Of a stretch of DNA of 64,000 nucleotides, positions 1-9,011 are shown piece by piece; position 1 is the first letter of the stretch, and every line of letters begins with the position of its first letter. The notes below the pieces were generated by a model, which made no database searches, was not told where the DNA came from, and was given only the letters and a program-made list of their open reading frames with translations. Source of the stretch: an uncultured Chloroflexia bacterium (GTDB lineage: Bacteria > Chloroflexota > Limnocylindria > Limnocylindrales > CSP1-4); contig CAVRHM010000006.1 of NCBI GenBank assembly GCA_963721015.1, forward strand, positions 914,154-978,153. Reading direction: 5' to 3'. A program made the position numbers and the translations under genes.

Positions 1-589
1 TGCTCGGCCGGCGGGAGCAGCGTGCCGAGCACCTGCATGCCCTGGAGGAGGGCCTTGACGCTCGTGCTGTTGAGGCCCGCGACGACGGTGAACGTGTCGT
101 CCTCGGGATTCGAGGGTGATGACCGGGAACTGCGCCCCGGTGAAGCCCACGACCATGTCCACGTAGTCGCCGGTCTTGATGACCGTGCCGACGCCGGTGA
201 CCTGGTCGACTTCGACCGCCATACAGACCAGGCCGAGCGGACAGCTGATGTCCTGGACCGTGCCGGTGGACCCGAAGGTCGCGCTGGTGATCTGGGCACC
301 CTGGGTGACCGGCTGGCGGACGACCTTGCCGATGACCTGCGACGGGTCCTGGAAGGCCCCCGGGTCACGGGCGTCGACGGCAAGCGTCTGGGTCCGGACC
401 TGGCCGGCCGTGATCCGCGTCCCGAGCGGGATGTCCGCGGACGCGACGACCGTCGGAAGCTCCGTGGCGACCGCTTCGCGGATCGCCGCCGCCAGCGTCG
501 CCGCCACCCTGCAACAGGATGATGCCGACGAAGGCAAGGATGGCCAGGAAGACCCCGATAAGGAGGACCAGCCGATTAGAGCGCTTCAA
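1..589 (-). CDS. cpaB: Flp pilus assembly protein CpaB (SAF domain), 3' end outside the window, two apparent frameshifts (~500 and ~145)
   Basis: TTG start after GGGGAG. N-terminal TM helix MKRSNRLVLLIGVFLAILAFVGIILL. Shifted frame continues VVASADIPLGTRITADQV...VIGKVVRQPV...MAVEVDQVTGVGTVIKTGDYVDMV...LLQGMQVL, typical of CpaB. Lies next to the Flp pilins. Confidence 0.85.
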
Positions 590-823
590 GTTTTCACTCC
601 CCGAGGCGATGTGACAGGTGGCACCACTGTAGCACCGGCCCTACGGCGCGCGACTATACCAATGGGCTAGGACCATCTGGTAGGAAACCGAAGGATTCCA
701 CGCTCACCGCAAGGTTCTCTGCAAGGTGGGCGAATGCCCTATCCGGGGCGGTGCGCCCGGGTGGTGCGCGGGGCCCCGGATCCCGGCCGGCGACGCCAGA
801 ACCCGATCCGCGCTGGATACGGA

Positions 824-855
824 ACGACCCGCCGGACGGATGTCCGACGGGTCGT
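824..855 (-). terminator. Hairpin downstream of Flp pilin 1 (probable terminator)
   Basis: 14-bp stem ACGACCCGTCGGAC/GTCCGGCGGGTCGT (one G-U pair), 4-nt loop, weak U-tract. Confidence 0.5.
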
Positions 856-876
856 GACCGAGAAGCGGTCGGTTGG

Positions 877-1080
877 CTATTGGACGCTTTCCAGACCGCT
901 GCCGATGACGCTGAGCTTGTCGCTGACCTGCGATCCCATGAACAGGAGCGCGGCGATGGCGACGATGGCGATGAGTGCCAGGATGAGTGCGTATTCGGCG
1001 AGGCCCTGGCCGGATTCGTCATCCGAGTGCCAGTCCCTCAGGCGAAGGTAGCCGCGTACCAGAAGATCCATCGTATTCAC
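877..1080 (-). CDS. Flp family type IVb pilin 1
   Basis: GQG|LAEYALILALIAIVAI prepilin cleavage/Flp motif; SD AAGGAGG upstream. Confidence 0.92.
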   Translation of the reverse strand: MNTMDLLVRGYLRLRDWHSDDESGQGLAEYALILALIAIVAIAALLFMGSQVSDKLSVIGSGLESVQ

Positions 1081-1140
1081 CTCCTTCCTGTACGGCGATA
1101 TCGATCGTTCGGACGGAGATTCGCGCGCCCGACACCGGCA

Positions 1141-1168
1141 ACACTAGGGGCGGAAGGTCCCCCGTCAA
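1141..1168 (-). promoter_or_regulatory. Putative sigma70 promoter of pilin 1
   Basis: TTGACG-N16-TAGTGT on the minus strand. Confidence 0.45.
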
Positions 1169-1204
1169 TAGCCCGTACGGGTGGTCTGCGCGCATCGCCG
1201 CACC

Positions 1205-1248
1205 AGAAACGACGGTGACCGCCGAGCCATGCGGCCCGGCGGTCACCG
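1205..1248 (-). terminator. Intrinsic terminator after pilin 2
   Basis: Perfect 12-bp inverted repeat CGGTGACCGCCG/CGGCGGTCACCG followed by TCGTTTCT on the minus strand. Confidence 0.65.
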
Positions 1249-1266
1249 ATCAAGGTGGCGGATCGA

Positions 1267-1434
1267 CTAGATCGAGCTGCCGACGGTGCTGAGGATCGTG
1301 CTGACCTCGCCGCCCAGGAAGATCAGGGCGACGATCGCGACGATGGCGATGAGGGCGAGGATCAGCGCGTACTCCGCGAGACCCTGGCCGTCCTCGTCCC
1401 GGACCGAATTGATGAGAGCAAGAAGCTGCGTCAT
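1267..1434 (-). CDS. Flp family type IVb pilin 2 (55 aa, absent from the ORF track)
   Basis: Manual translation MTQLLALINSVRDEDGQGLAEYALILALIAIVAIVALIFLGGEVSTILSTVGSSI*; SD AAAGGAGG upstream. Confidence 0.92.
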   Translation of the reverse strand: MTQLLALINSVRDEDGQGLAEYALILALIAIVAIVALIFLGGEVSTILSTVGSSI

Positions 1435-1487
1435 GAAGTGGGTACCTCCTTTCCTCGAAAGCTCCCCGGCAGGCCGGAGGCCGGGTC

Positions 1488-1516
1488 ACGGTACGTAACC
1501 CCTCCAAGCCTGTCAA
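1488..1516 (-). promoter_or_regulatory. Putative sigma70 promoter of pilin 2
   Basis: TTGACA-N17-TACCGT on the minus strand. Confidence 0.6.
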
Positions 1517-1554
1517 CCTACCTAACCGCCCTATTCGGAACGGCCGGTGCACCG

Positions 1555-1591
1555 GGAAAACGAAAGACCGCCGGTCGGGTGACCGGCGGTC
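1555..1591 (-). terminator. Intrinsic terminator after pilin 3
   Basis: Perfect 11-bp stem GACCGCCGGTC/GACCGGCGGTC, 4-nt loop, followed by TTTCGTTTT on the minus strand. Confidence 0.75.
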
Positions 1592-1614
1592 CGCCGTTGC
1601 TGGTTGGCTTCGAC

Positions 1615-1785
1615 CTAGATCGAGCTGCCGACCGTGCTCAGGATCGTGCTGACTTCGCCACCGAGGAAGATCAGGGCGACGATCGCGACGATCGCGATGA
1701 GGGCGAGGATCAGCGCGTACTCCGCGAGACCCTGGCCGTCCTCGTCCCGACGAAGCGCGGCGAGGATGGTGTTGAACAGCGCCAT
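1615..1785 (-). CDS. Flp family type IVb pilin 3
   Basis: MALFNTILAALRRDEDGQG|LAEYALIL...; SD GGAGG upstream of ATG 1785; mature peptide identical to pilin 2. Confidence 0.92.
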   Translation of the reverse strand: MALFNTILAALRRDEDGQGLAEYALILALIAIVAIVALIFLGGEVSTILSTVGSSI

Positions 1786-1917
1786 GTGGCTGCCTCCTGG
1801 ATGAGTACTCACCCTCAGTTGAGGGCGGCGTCAATATAGGAAGCGAGCCCGCGGGCGGATACTGAGACGATGGTACCGCCACGTGCTTGGCTGCACCGGG
1901 ACCGGTCAGGGGGAGGC

Positions 1918-2106
1918 TCAGCCCCCGGTGGCCTGGTCGATGGCCTCGGCGATGGCCGCCAGGGCGTCCCCCACCGTGTCGCCGAACACGACCAGCCAGA
2001 CGATGGTCAGCACGGACGTCAGCCCCAGGATGAGGCCGTACTCCACGAGCCCCTGCCCGTGCCGGTCCAGGCGCCCGGACGGCCGTGGACGGCCGGCCAG
2101 GATCAC
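1918..2106 (-). CDS. Divergent Flp-like pilin 4
   Basis: GQG|LVEYGLILGL motif; GTG start overlaps the stop of the upstream kinase gene (GTGA). Confidence 0.75.
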   Translation of the reverse strand: MILAGRPRPSGRLDRHGQGLVEYGLILGLTSVLTIVWLVVFGDTVGDALAAIAEAIDQATGG

Positions 2107-3323
2107 GTCGCGGCGGCCTCCGGGGCCGGGTCGGGTGTCGCGGCATCGGCCAGCGGCGGCAGGTCCGCCACGAGGCGCACCTCACCGCCGTCGCTCAGCA
2201 GCTCCGCGGTGACCCCGATGGAGGTCGCTCGGGCCTGGATCTCCGTCCAGGTCGCCGGCGGCAGGGCGACGATGGAGCGCCGGACGGCCGCCTCGGCCGC
2301 TTCGCGCTCGACCTCGCGGCGTTCCTCGAGCATCGCGGCGAGGGCCGGCGGCAGGTCCGCCGCGGCCTCAGGCTCCGGGATGTCCGTGGCGCCCGCCGAC
2401 CGGACCGGATCGATGACGGCCCGCGAGGCGGCGACCCGTGCCTCCAGCTGCTCGCTCCAGTCGAGATGCAAGGTGACCACGTCGGGCGCGTCGGCGAGGT
2501 AGGCGGCCAAGGCTTCGTCGAGCATCCGGAACAGACCGCTCTCGAGCTCCATGGACAGCCGTCGGTCATTGCCCAGCGAGTCGAACTCGACCGGGACGCC
2601 CGCGCGGGTCGACCGCTCGCGCGTCGCCCGACGCAGTGTCGGGACGAGCCCCAGGTCGTCGAGGACCATGGGCCGGACGTCGAAGATGAACGACTTCGTC
2701 GCGTCCAGGGTCTGCTGGACCATGGCGATGAGGAGCCGCACTTCGCCGGCCGCCATCTCCGGATCGCGCTGGACGAGGCGCTCCACGATCTGGGCCTGGA
2801 GGACGATGTTGGTCAGGCTCTGGGCCGGCCCGTCGTGCATCGCCCGGGCGATCTCGCGGCGGAGGTCCTCCTGGGCGCCCAGGACGAGCCGTGACACCCC
2901 GGGGGAGGCGGGGTCGGCACCCGGACCTCCATCGGCGCCGGCACCGAGCGCAGCGGCGATCCGGGGGTCGATCGCACGGATGGCCTCGAGGTAGGCGGCC
3001 AGGGCGTCCCGATAGCGGGCCAGCGGCCGGCGCTTGCCCTCCAGGACCTCGACCTGGGTCTCCATCAGGGCCGCCCGCTTGGTCAGGGTCACGAGCGAGG
3101 TGGTCATGTCCAGGCGCGTGGCGGTATCGGTCTCGGGCGGGAGGGCGGCCAGCTTGTCCGCGGTCGCGCTGCGCCGACCCTCGTGGCGGACCGCCTCGGC
3201 CTTGGCCTGGGTGATGAGGAGGTCCACCTCCCCGAGCTCGGTGTCGAGCGTGACGAGGTCGTCCCCGATGCGGGTCGCCAGCGCGTCGAGGGTGGCCGGT
3301 GCGGTCGCGGAGTCGTCCGACAT
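2103..3323 (-). CDS. DegS-like cytoplasmic histidine kinase (HisKA_3) with degenerate ATPase domain
   Basis: Long N-terminal coiled coil; H-box AMHDGPAQSLTN; F-D-V-R-P-M-V-L-D-D-L-G-L; N and G boxes not recognisable. Confidence 0.8.
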   Translation of the reverse strand: MSDDSATAPATLDALATRIGDDLVTLDTELGEVDLLITQAKAEAVRHEGRRSATADKLAALPPETDTATRLDMTTSLVTLTKRAALMETQVEVLEGKRRPLARYRDALAAYLEAIRAIDPRIAAALGAGADGGPGADPASPGVSRLVLGAQEDLRREIARAMHDGPAQSLTNIVLQAQIVERLVQRDPEMAAGEVRLLIAMVQQTLDATKSFIFDVRPMVLDDLGLVPTLRRATRERSTRAGVPVEFDSLGNDRRLSMELESGLFRMLDEALAAYLADAPDVVTLHLDWSEQLEARVAASRAVIDPVRSAGATDIPEPEAAADLPPALAAMLEERREVEREAAEAAVRRSIVALPPATWTEIQARATSIGVTAELLSDGGEVRLVADLPPLADAATPDPAPEAAAT

Positions 3324-4069
3324 CAATCCTCGGGCATCCGGATCCAGCCCTGGCGCATCGCGTACACCACGGCCTGGGTCCGGTCGTTGACGGACAGCTT
3401 GCGAAGGATGGAGCTCATGTGGTTCTTGACCGTCTGCTCGCTGATCGACAGCGCGTAGGCGACCTGCTTGTTGGTCATGCCCTGGGCGATGTTGTCCAGG
3501 ATCTCGACCTCGCGCGGCGACAGCGGCGCGAAGATGGGAGCCGCCTCCTGGCCGTAGACCGCCAGCTCGCGGAACTCCTTGAGGACCCGCGAGGCGACGG
3601 CCGGCTTGGCGAAGACCTTGTCGTTGATGAGGAACTCACCAAGGGCGACCCGTCGGATGATCGTGACCAGGTCGTCCGGACCGACGTCCTTGAGGATGAA
3701 GGCGGCCGCGCCGGCCTTGATCGCATCGAACAGGGCGTCCTCGTCCTCGCTGACGGCCAGGACGATGATCCCGGCGCCGGCGACCTCGCGCTTGATGCGC
3801 TGGGTCGTCTCGATCCCGCCGGGTGACGGCAGTGACAGGTCCATGAGGACGATGTCGGGCGAGGTCTCCAGGGCCCGATCGACCGCGCTGCGCGCGTCGT
3901 CCGCCTCGCCGACCACCTCGAGGTCCGCCTCGCGCGCCAGGATGTTGGCGATGCCGACCCGGAAGAGGGCATGGTCATCCACGATGAGGATGCGGGTCGT
4001 CTCGCCTGCCCCGCGTCGATCGGGTCCGCCCCGTCGACGATCAGGGCCGCCGTATTCCATCGCGCTCAT
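3323..4069 (-). CDS. NarL/DegU-family response regulator (REC + LuxR HTH) with N-terminal YGGPDRR-GGPDRR extension
   Basis: ILIVDDH...VLMDL receiver; LSPREVEIL...GMTNKQVAYALSISEQTVKNHMSSILRKL HTH. Confidence 0.95.
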   Translation of the reverse strand: MSAMEYGGPDRRRGGPDRRGAGETTRILIVDDHALFRVGIANILAREADLEVVGEADDARSAVDRALETSPDIVLMDLSLPSPGGIETTQRIKREVAGAGIIVLAVSEDEDALFDAIKAGAAAFILKDVGPDDLVTIIRRVALGEFLINDKVFAKPAVASRVLKEFRELAVYGQEAAPIFAPLSPREVEILDNIAQGMTNKQVAYALSISEQTVKNHMSSILRKLSVNDRTQAVVYAMRQGWIRMPED

Positions 4070-4791
4070 CGGTTCTCCTCTACTCCCGTCATGGTCGTCG
4101 GGACCGCGAGTCGGATGACGGTACCGCCGTCCGGTCGTGATCGTACGTCGAGCCGACCGTGGATCAGCTCCGCTCGCTCCCGCATGAACTGCAAGCCGAA
4201 GGTCCGACGACCACGCGCGGTCGCGGCTTCGATGTCGAACCCGCGACCGTCGTCGCGGATCTCCAAGATATAAGGCCGATCATCGTCCCCGAGCTCGGTC
4301 CGCACCAGCACCTTCGTGGCGGCCGCGTGTTTCCGGACATTCTGCAGGGCTTCCTGGGTGACGCGCAGGACCACGATACGCACGTGGTCGTCCAGCTGGT
4401 CGGTGGGCGCGGTCAGGTCCGTCGCCACCTCGATGCCGGTGGCGGCACTGAAATCGGTCGCCGCGTCGCGGAGCGCCTCGTCGAGGCCCAGCTGGTCGAG
4501 GATCGATGGGCGGAGGTCGCTGATGATGTCGCGGATGGCCGTGAGCTCGCGCTCCAGCCGCTCGCGCAGGACGACCAGCTCGTCGGCGGCGGCGGCCGGG
4601 TCGGTCGCCTGCAGCCGCTCGACCAGCTCGATGCCGAAGATGGCGTTGGCCAGGGCCTGGGCCGGCCCGTCATGGATCTCCTGGGCGATGCGTGCGCGCT
4701 CCGCCTCTTGAGCCTCGGCGATGCGCTGCGTGACGTCGTCGGTCCCGGCGGGTGGAGCCTCCATCGACTTCGGAGTATAGGGGCCGGTCAT
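4066..4791 (-). CDS. Sensor-less histidine kinase (HisKA_3 + HATPase_c)
   Basis: ERARIAQEIHDGPAQ, QEALQNVRKHA, IRDDGRGF, FGLQFMRERA; ATG 4791 overlaps the upstream stop. Confidence 0.88.
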   Translation of the reverse strand: MTGPYTPKSMEAPPAGTDDVTQRIAEAQEAERARIAQEIHDGPAQALANAIFGIELVERLQATDPAAAADELVVLRERLERELTAIRDIISDLRPSILDQLGLDEALRDAATDFSAATGIEVATDLTAPTDQLDDHVRIVVLRVTQEALQNVRKHAAATKVLVRTELGDDDRPYILEIRDDGRGFDIEAATARGRRTFGLQFMRERAELIHGRLDVRSRPDGGTVIRLAVPTTMTGVEENR

Positions 4792-6444
4792 GTCGGACTC
4801 TCGGGGCAGACGATCTCGAACACGCGCGTGGCGGCCAGCGGGTCCTCGCCGTGGTCCGGGCCGCCGGGCAGCGGCGTCGTCCCCAGGTCGAGCTCGCGGA
4901 AGCAGTCGCTGCCGGGCGCCCCGGCGTCGATGTCGGCCGGCCAGTGGACGCTCATGGCGTCGGTCAGGACCAGGTAGCGGGTGCCCGGGAAGTGCTGGGC
5001 CAGGTCGACGACGTCGGCCGGCAATTCGTCGGGCAGGGCCAGGCCCGGGACGCCCTGGGTCTCGGCCAGCCAGATCGGGAAGTTGCTGATGACCGGGCCG
5101 GCGGCGGCGTCCAGCGGGTGGCCGATGGCCTCCATCCGGCGCCCCAGCTCCACGTAGTAGGCCGCCGTGCCCTGCGAGCCCGCGCCGAACGAGGGCAACA
5201 GCACGACCGTGAACAGGATGCTCCCGAAGATGCCCAGGGCGGGGCCCAGCCACGCCACCGGCCGGGTCCAGCCCTGCCGAGCCGCGAGTCGGGCGATGCC
5301 GGCGTCCAGGGCGAGGAGGGCCGACAGGACGATGAGGACCTGGACCGGGCCCGCGGCATGGAGGAACGTGCCCCACGTCGTCGCGACCGGGAACAGCAGC
5401 GTCGTCGCCAGGAAGGTCAGGAGGCCCAGCAGGACGACGGGGCGGACGGCCTGGCCGCGACCGGTCCACGGCAGGGCGAGCAGACCGATGAGCGAGATGG
5501 GCAGGCCCGGCAGCAGCAACACGGTGCCGAGGTTGTGCCACGCCCCTTCGACCCGCATCTCGAGCAGCCGGGCCGGCCCGACCGCCAGGTAGCGGGCCAG
5601 CGCTGGGCGGATCGTTCCAGGCGAAGATGTCATGACCGGTGATCGAGAACGCGTTGGTCACCGCCTGGCCGGGCAACGGGCTGCCGAAGACCGCCCAGTT
5701 GCGGGCCGCCCACGGCGCGAAGACGACCAGGGCGACGACACCGGCCAGGCCGATGAGGCGGACCCGTTCGGCCGCGGTCGTCGCCGGGATCCGCCAGGCG
5801 ACGATGATCCAGACGAGGGCCAGCCAGGCCGCCTCGTTGCGGGTCAACGCGGCCAGGCCCAGGCTCACGCCCAGGGCGATGACCCGCGGGTCGGTCAGGC
5901 GCCCGCCACGCGGGTCGGCCCGGATGCGGCTCATCAGCAGGCAGGCGACCAGCGCGAGCGCCGCGAAGGGCATCGTCGAATCGGGCAGGGCCGAGTGCAG
6001 GACGAGGGGCAGGTAGACCGCGCAGGTCAGCCCCGTGCCGATGGCCAGGGTCCGGGCGCGCTCCACGCCGAGGCCACGCTCGGCGGCGACGTCCGCGGCC
6101 AGCCGCCAGCCCAGGACCGGCACGATCGCCCCGACCAGGACGCTGGAGACCTGGGCGGCGCCGAAGGACGGCCCGAAGGCGGCCATCGCCGCGGCGGCGA
6201 GCCAGGTCGGGAGGGGCATCCAGACCTCGAAGGCCGGGCGTGGGAAGACGAGGGGCGGCGTGCTGTAGCTCCACAGGGCATCGCTGACCAGCCCACGGCC
6301 CTCGAGCAGGTTCTGGGCGACCCCGACGTAATACGCGGTGTCCTCCGGCTTGGGGAACACGATCTGGGCCGCGAAGACGATCCGGACGACGAGGGCCACG
6401 GCGAAGACCAGGAGGGCGGACAGGACCGCCTCGCGACGGCTCAC
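4788..6444 (-). CDS. ArnT/PMT-like (GT-C) glycosyltransferase, frameshift near 5610
   Basis: Multi-TM; PEDTAYYVGVAQNLLEGRG, LPDST, LTRNEA motifs; C-terminal half continues in ORF 4788..5633; paralogue of 6441..8036. Confidence 0.75.
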
Positions 6445-8036
6445 GAGCCCAGCTCCACGGGGTAGATCGCGAGCTCGACGGGCTGGCCCTCGGTCAGGAC
6501 CGGGTCGCCCAGCCAGTCGGGCCGGACCGTGCCGTCGATGATCGGCGCGACCGCCGGCACGCTCTCGTCCCGGTCGATGACGAGCCACTGGATGTCATAG
6601 GCCCGGGCGACCGCTTCGATCGTGTCCAGCGGGTCGTTGACCAGGACGACCCCGCCGCGACCGCTCCAGAAGCGGGTCCCCGAGGCATCGATGGACATGA
6701 CCCGGTCATCCGGGCCGGCGCCGGCGGCGTCGAGCGCGGCGGCCACCGTCTGGAAGCGGTCGCGACCGCCGGACCACACGCCGTGGACGAACGAGGCGCC
6801 CAACGTCGCCGTGGCGATGGCGAAGACGATGACCGCACCGCTGAACACCCGCGTCGCGGCCGTCACGTCCCAGCCGCGTCGACGGGCAGCGATCCAGGCC
6901 ACGGCGATGGCGACGCCCTCGAGGGCCAGGATGTAGGCGTGCGGCGCGAGGGCGACCGCCGAGTGGATGAACGTCCCGCCGGGCACGTGGACGGCCGACA
7001 CGATGGCCGAGAAGGCGAACAGCGCGCCGGCGTAGACGAAGTACGGCCCGAAGTCGACCGACCGCCGACGCGCCCACGCGCCGGCGATCATGAACGGCGC
7101 CAGGACGAATCCGGCGACCAGGGTCACGTAGATCATCAGCGCGGCGATGAGGCCGCCGATCCGCGATCCGAGCAGCGGGCCCAGGCCCTGGCCCAGGAGG
7201 TGCTGCAGGTCGGCCGGCGTCGTGATGCTGTTCCACTCGGCGATCTCGCGGATGAACAGGACCTTGCCGGACGTCGTCGACGGCGACAGCGAGCCGAAGA
7301 CGGCGAGCTGCCGGGCCCACCACGGCGCCATGACCAGCAGGAACAGGCCGCCGCAGGCGAGGACCGCTCGCCAGGGGATGGCCGGTGGCCGCGCGCCGTG
7401 CGACCGCCAGGCCCGCCAGCGGTCCCAGAGCACGGCCGCGCCGAGGGCGACCATGACCAGGACCCCGTCGTTGCGCGAGAGCGTGGCCAGGCCGGTCAAC
7501 AGCCCGGCCAGGGCGAACGAACCGGCCGACCCGCGGAGGCCGCGGGCGCCCATCCACAGCGCCGCGATGACCAGCGGCTGATAGATGGAGAAGTTGTCCG
7601 GTTGGGTCATGTAGACGAGGGTCAGGACCGGGATGGCGGTCAGGATCCCGGCGCCCACCGCGGTCAGCTCCTTGGCGCCGGCGTCGCGAGCGATGGCCCA
7701 GGTGATGGGCGCCGCCGTCGCCCCGATGAGCGCGAACGGCAGGGCGGACGCCCAGGAGGCGGTCCCGAACAGCCACAGGAAGGGGACCTGGACGAGCGAG
7801 GCGAGCGGCATCCAGTGGGCGTTGGACGGGATCGGCAGCACGGGATCGGCCGGGATCGCCCCACCGACCTCCGGGAAGATCCAGACGAAATCGACCGAGA
7901 ACCCCGCCCCCGATGCGAGCGCCCGCGCGACATCGACGTAATAGAAGGAATTGGGATAGGCGGGGTCCGGGAAGCGCCAGATGAGCACGACCCGAACGGC
8001 CAGGGCGAGCGCATATAGGAGCAAGGGGGTACGCAT
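6441..8036 (-). CDS. ArnT/PMT-like (GT-C) glycosyltransferase
   Basis: 531 aa multi-TM; D-P-A-Y-P-N-S-F-Y-Y-V-D-V-A-R loop, QPDN, LSRNDG, PWWARQ motifs. Confidence 0.78.
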   Translation of the reverse strand: MRTPLLLYALALAVRVVLIWRFPDPAYPNSFYYVDVARALASGAGFSVDFVWIFPEVGGAIPADPVLPIPSNAHWMPLASLVQVPFLWLFGTASWASALPFALIGATAAPITWAIARDAGAKELTAVGAGILTAIPVLTLVYMTQPDNFSIYQPLVIAALWMGARGLRGSAGSFALAGLLTGLATLSRNDGVLVMVALGAAVLWDRWRAWRSHGARPPAIPWRAVLACGGLFLLVMAPWWARQLAVFGSLSPSTTSGKVLFIREIAEWNSITTPADLQHLLGQGLGPLLGSRIGGLIAALMIYVTLVAGFVLAPFMIAGAWARRRSVDFGPYFVYAGALFAFSAIVSAVHVPGGTFIHSAVALAPHAYILALEGVAIAVAWIAARRRGWDVTAATRVFSGAVIVFAIATATLGASFVHGVWSGGRDRFQTVAAALDAAGAGPDDRVMSIDASGTRFWSGRGGVVLVNDPLDTIEAVARAYDIQWLVIDRDESVPAVAPIIDGTVRPDWLGDPVLTEGQPVELAIYPVELGS

Positions 8037-8150
8037 CGGCCGGTGCAGCGTAGCACCGGGTCCCGGGGCCGCCGACGGTACGAACGGACTACTCGGGCGG
8101 TCGTTTCCAGGTCATGCCGGGGCGGTCCGGAGGGGTCGTAGGATGCCCCC

Positions 8151-9011
8151 GTGCACCTCGTCGCCTCGGGTTCGCCCGCTCGCCGCGCCCTCCGGGATGG
8201 CGCCGTCCTCGCCGGCTTGCTGTTCGCGGCCTATCTCTTCCTGATCGTCGCGCCGGCGAGCGGGACATTCGGCTTCGATGCCTACGCCTACTGGTCGGTC
8301 GATCCGAGCGATCCGTACCAGTCGCAGGTCGGTGGACTGGCGGCGTTCAACTACTCGCCGGTCATCGCCACGGTCTTCGGCGCGTTCAAGTTCCTGCCCT
8401 GGCCGGCCTTCATCTGGCTGTGGACCGCCCTCCAGCTGGCCACCGTCGTGTGGCTCGGCGGATCGCGCTTCCTGTGGCTGCTGGCCTTCCCGCCGGTCGC
8501 CCTCGAGATCTACCACGGCAACGTCCACCTGCTCATCGCCGCGTGCATCGTCCTCGGGTTCCGGTACCCGGCGAGCTGGGCGTTCATCCTGCTGACCAAG
8601 GTCACGCCGGGCGTCGGCCTGGCCTGGTTCGCGGTCCGACGCGAGTGGCGGCCACTGGCCGTCGCCGTGGTCGTCACGACCATCCTCGTCGCCATCTCGT
8701 TCGTCCGAGAACCGGCCATCTGGTTGTCGTGGGTCGACTACCTGTCGAATGTCAGCAGCGACGCCGGCGGCCAGGCGAACCTGGCCATCCCGCTCGTCAT
8801 CCGCCTGCCGATCGCGCTGCTCGTCGTGGCCTGGGGCGCACGGACCGATCGGCGCTGGACGATCCCGATCGCGGCCACCCTTGCCCTACCGGTCCTGTGG
8901 CCGAGCGGCTTCGCCATCCTGGCGGCGTGCCTGCCGCTGGCCGGCAAGCGCGGAGTCTGGGGACGTCCGTTCCGGCGTCAGGCGCCCGAGGTGGCCCCGG
9001 TCGTCGCCTGA
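8151..9011 (+). CDS. GT87/DUF2029-family polyprenyl-P-sugar-dependent transferase
   Basis: GFDAYAYW, FNYSP, GNVH, LTKVTPG motifs. Confidence 0.8.
   Translation: MHLVASGSPARRALRDGAVLAGLLFAAYLFLIVAPASGTFGFDAYAYWSVDPSDPYQSQVGGLAAFNYSPVIATVFGAFKFLPWPAFIWLWTALQLATVVWLGGSRFLWLLAFPPVALEIYHGNVHLLIAACIVLGFRYPASWAFILLTKVTPGVGLAWFAVRREWRPLAVAVVVTTILVAISFVREPAIWLSWVDYLSNVSSDAGGQANLAIPLVIRLPIALLVVAWGARTDRRWTIPIAATLALPVLWPSGFAILAACLPLAGKRGVWGRPFRRQAPEVAPVVA

Noticed and set aside
590-730. Possible riboswitch upstream of cpaB; GCAAGGT direct repeat (709-715, 721-727)
   Set aside because: No c-di-GMP-I/II or other aptamer landmarks found; the 7-mer pair is too short to call an operator without comparative data.
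877-1785. Repeated units resembling a CRISPR or repeat array
   Set aside because: Repeats are coding pilin paralogues with synonymous variation; no constant-length spacers and no cas genes.
1255-1839. 194-aa plus-strand ORF with an internal repeat
   Set aside because: It is the antisense shadow of duplicated pilins 2 and 3; the repeat is explained by them.
4066-6588. 840-aa ORF suggesting a glycosyltransferase-histidine kinase fusion
   Set aside because: Artefact of the frameshift at ~5610; the kinase has its own ATG (4791) overlapping the transferase's true stop.
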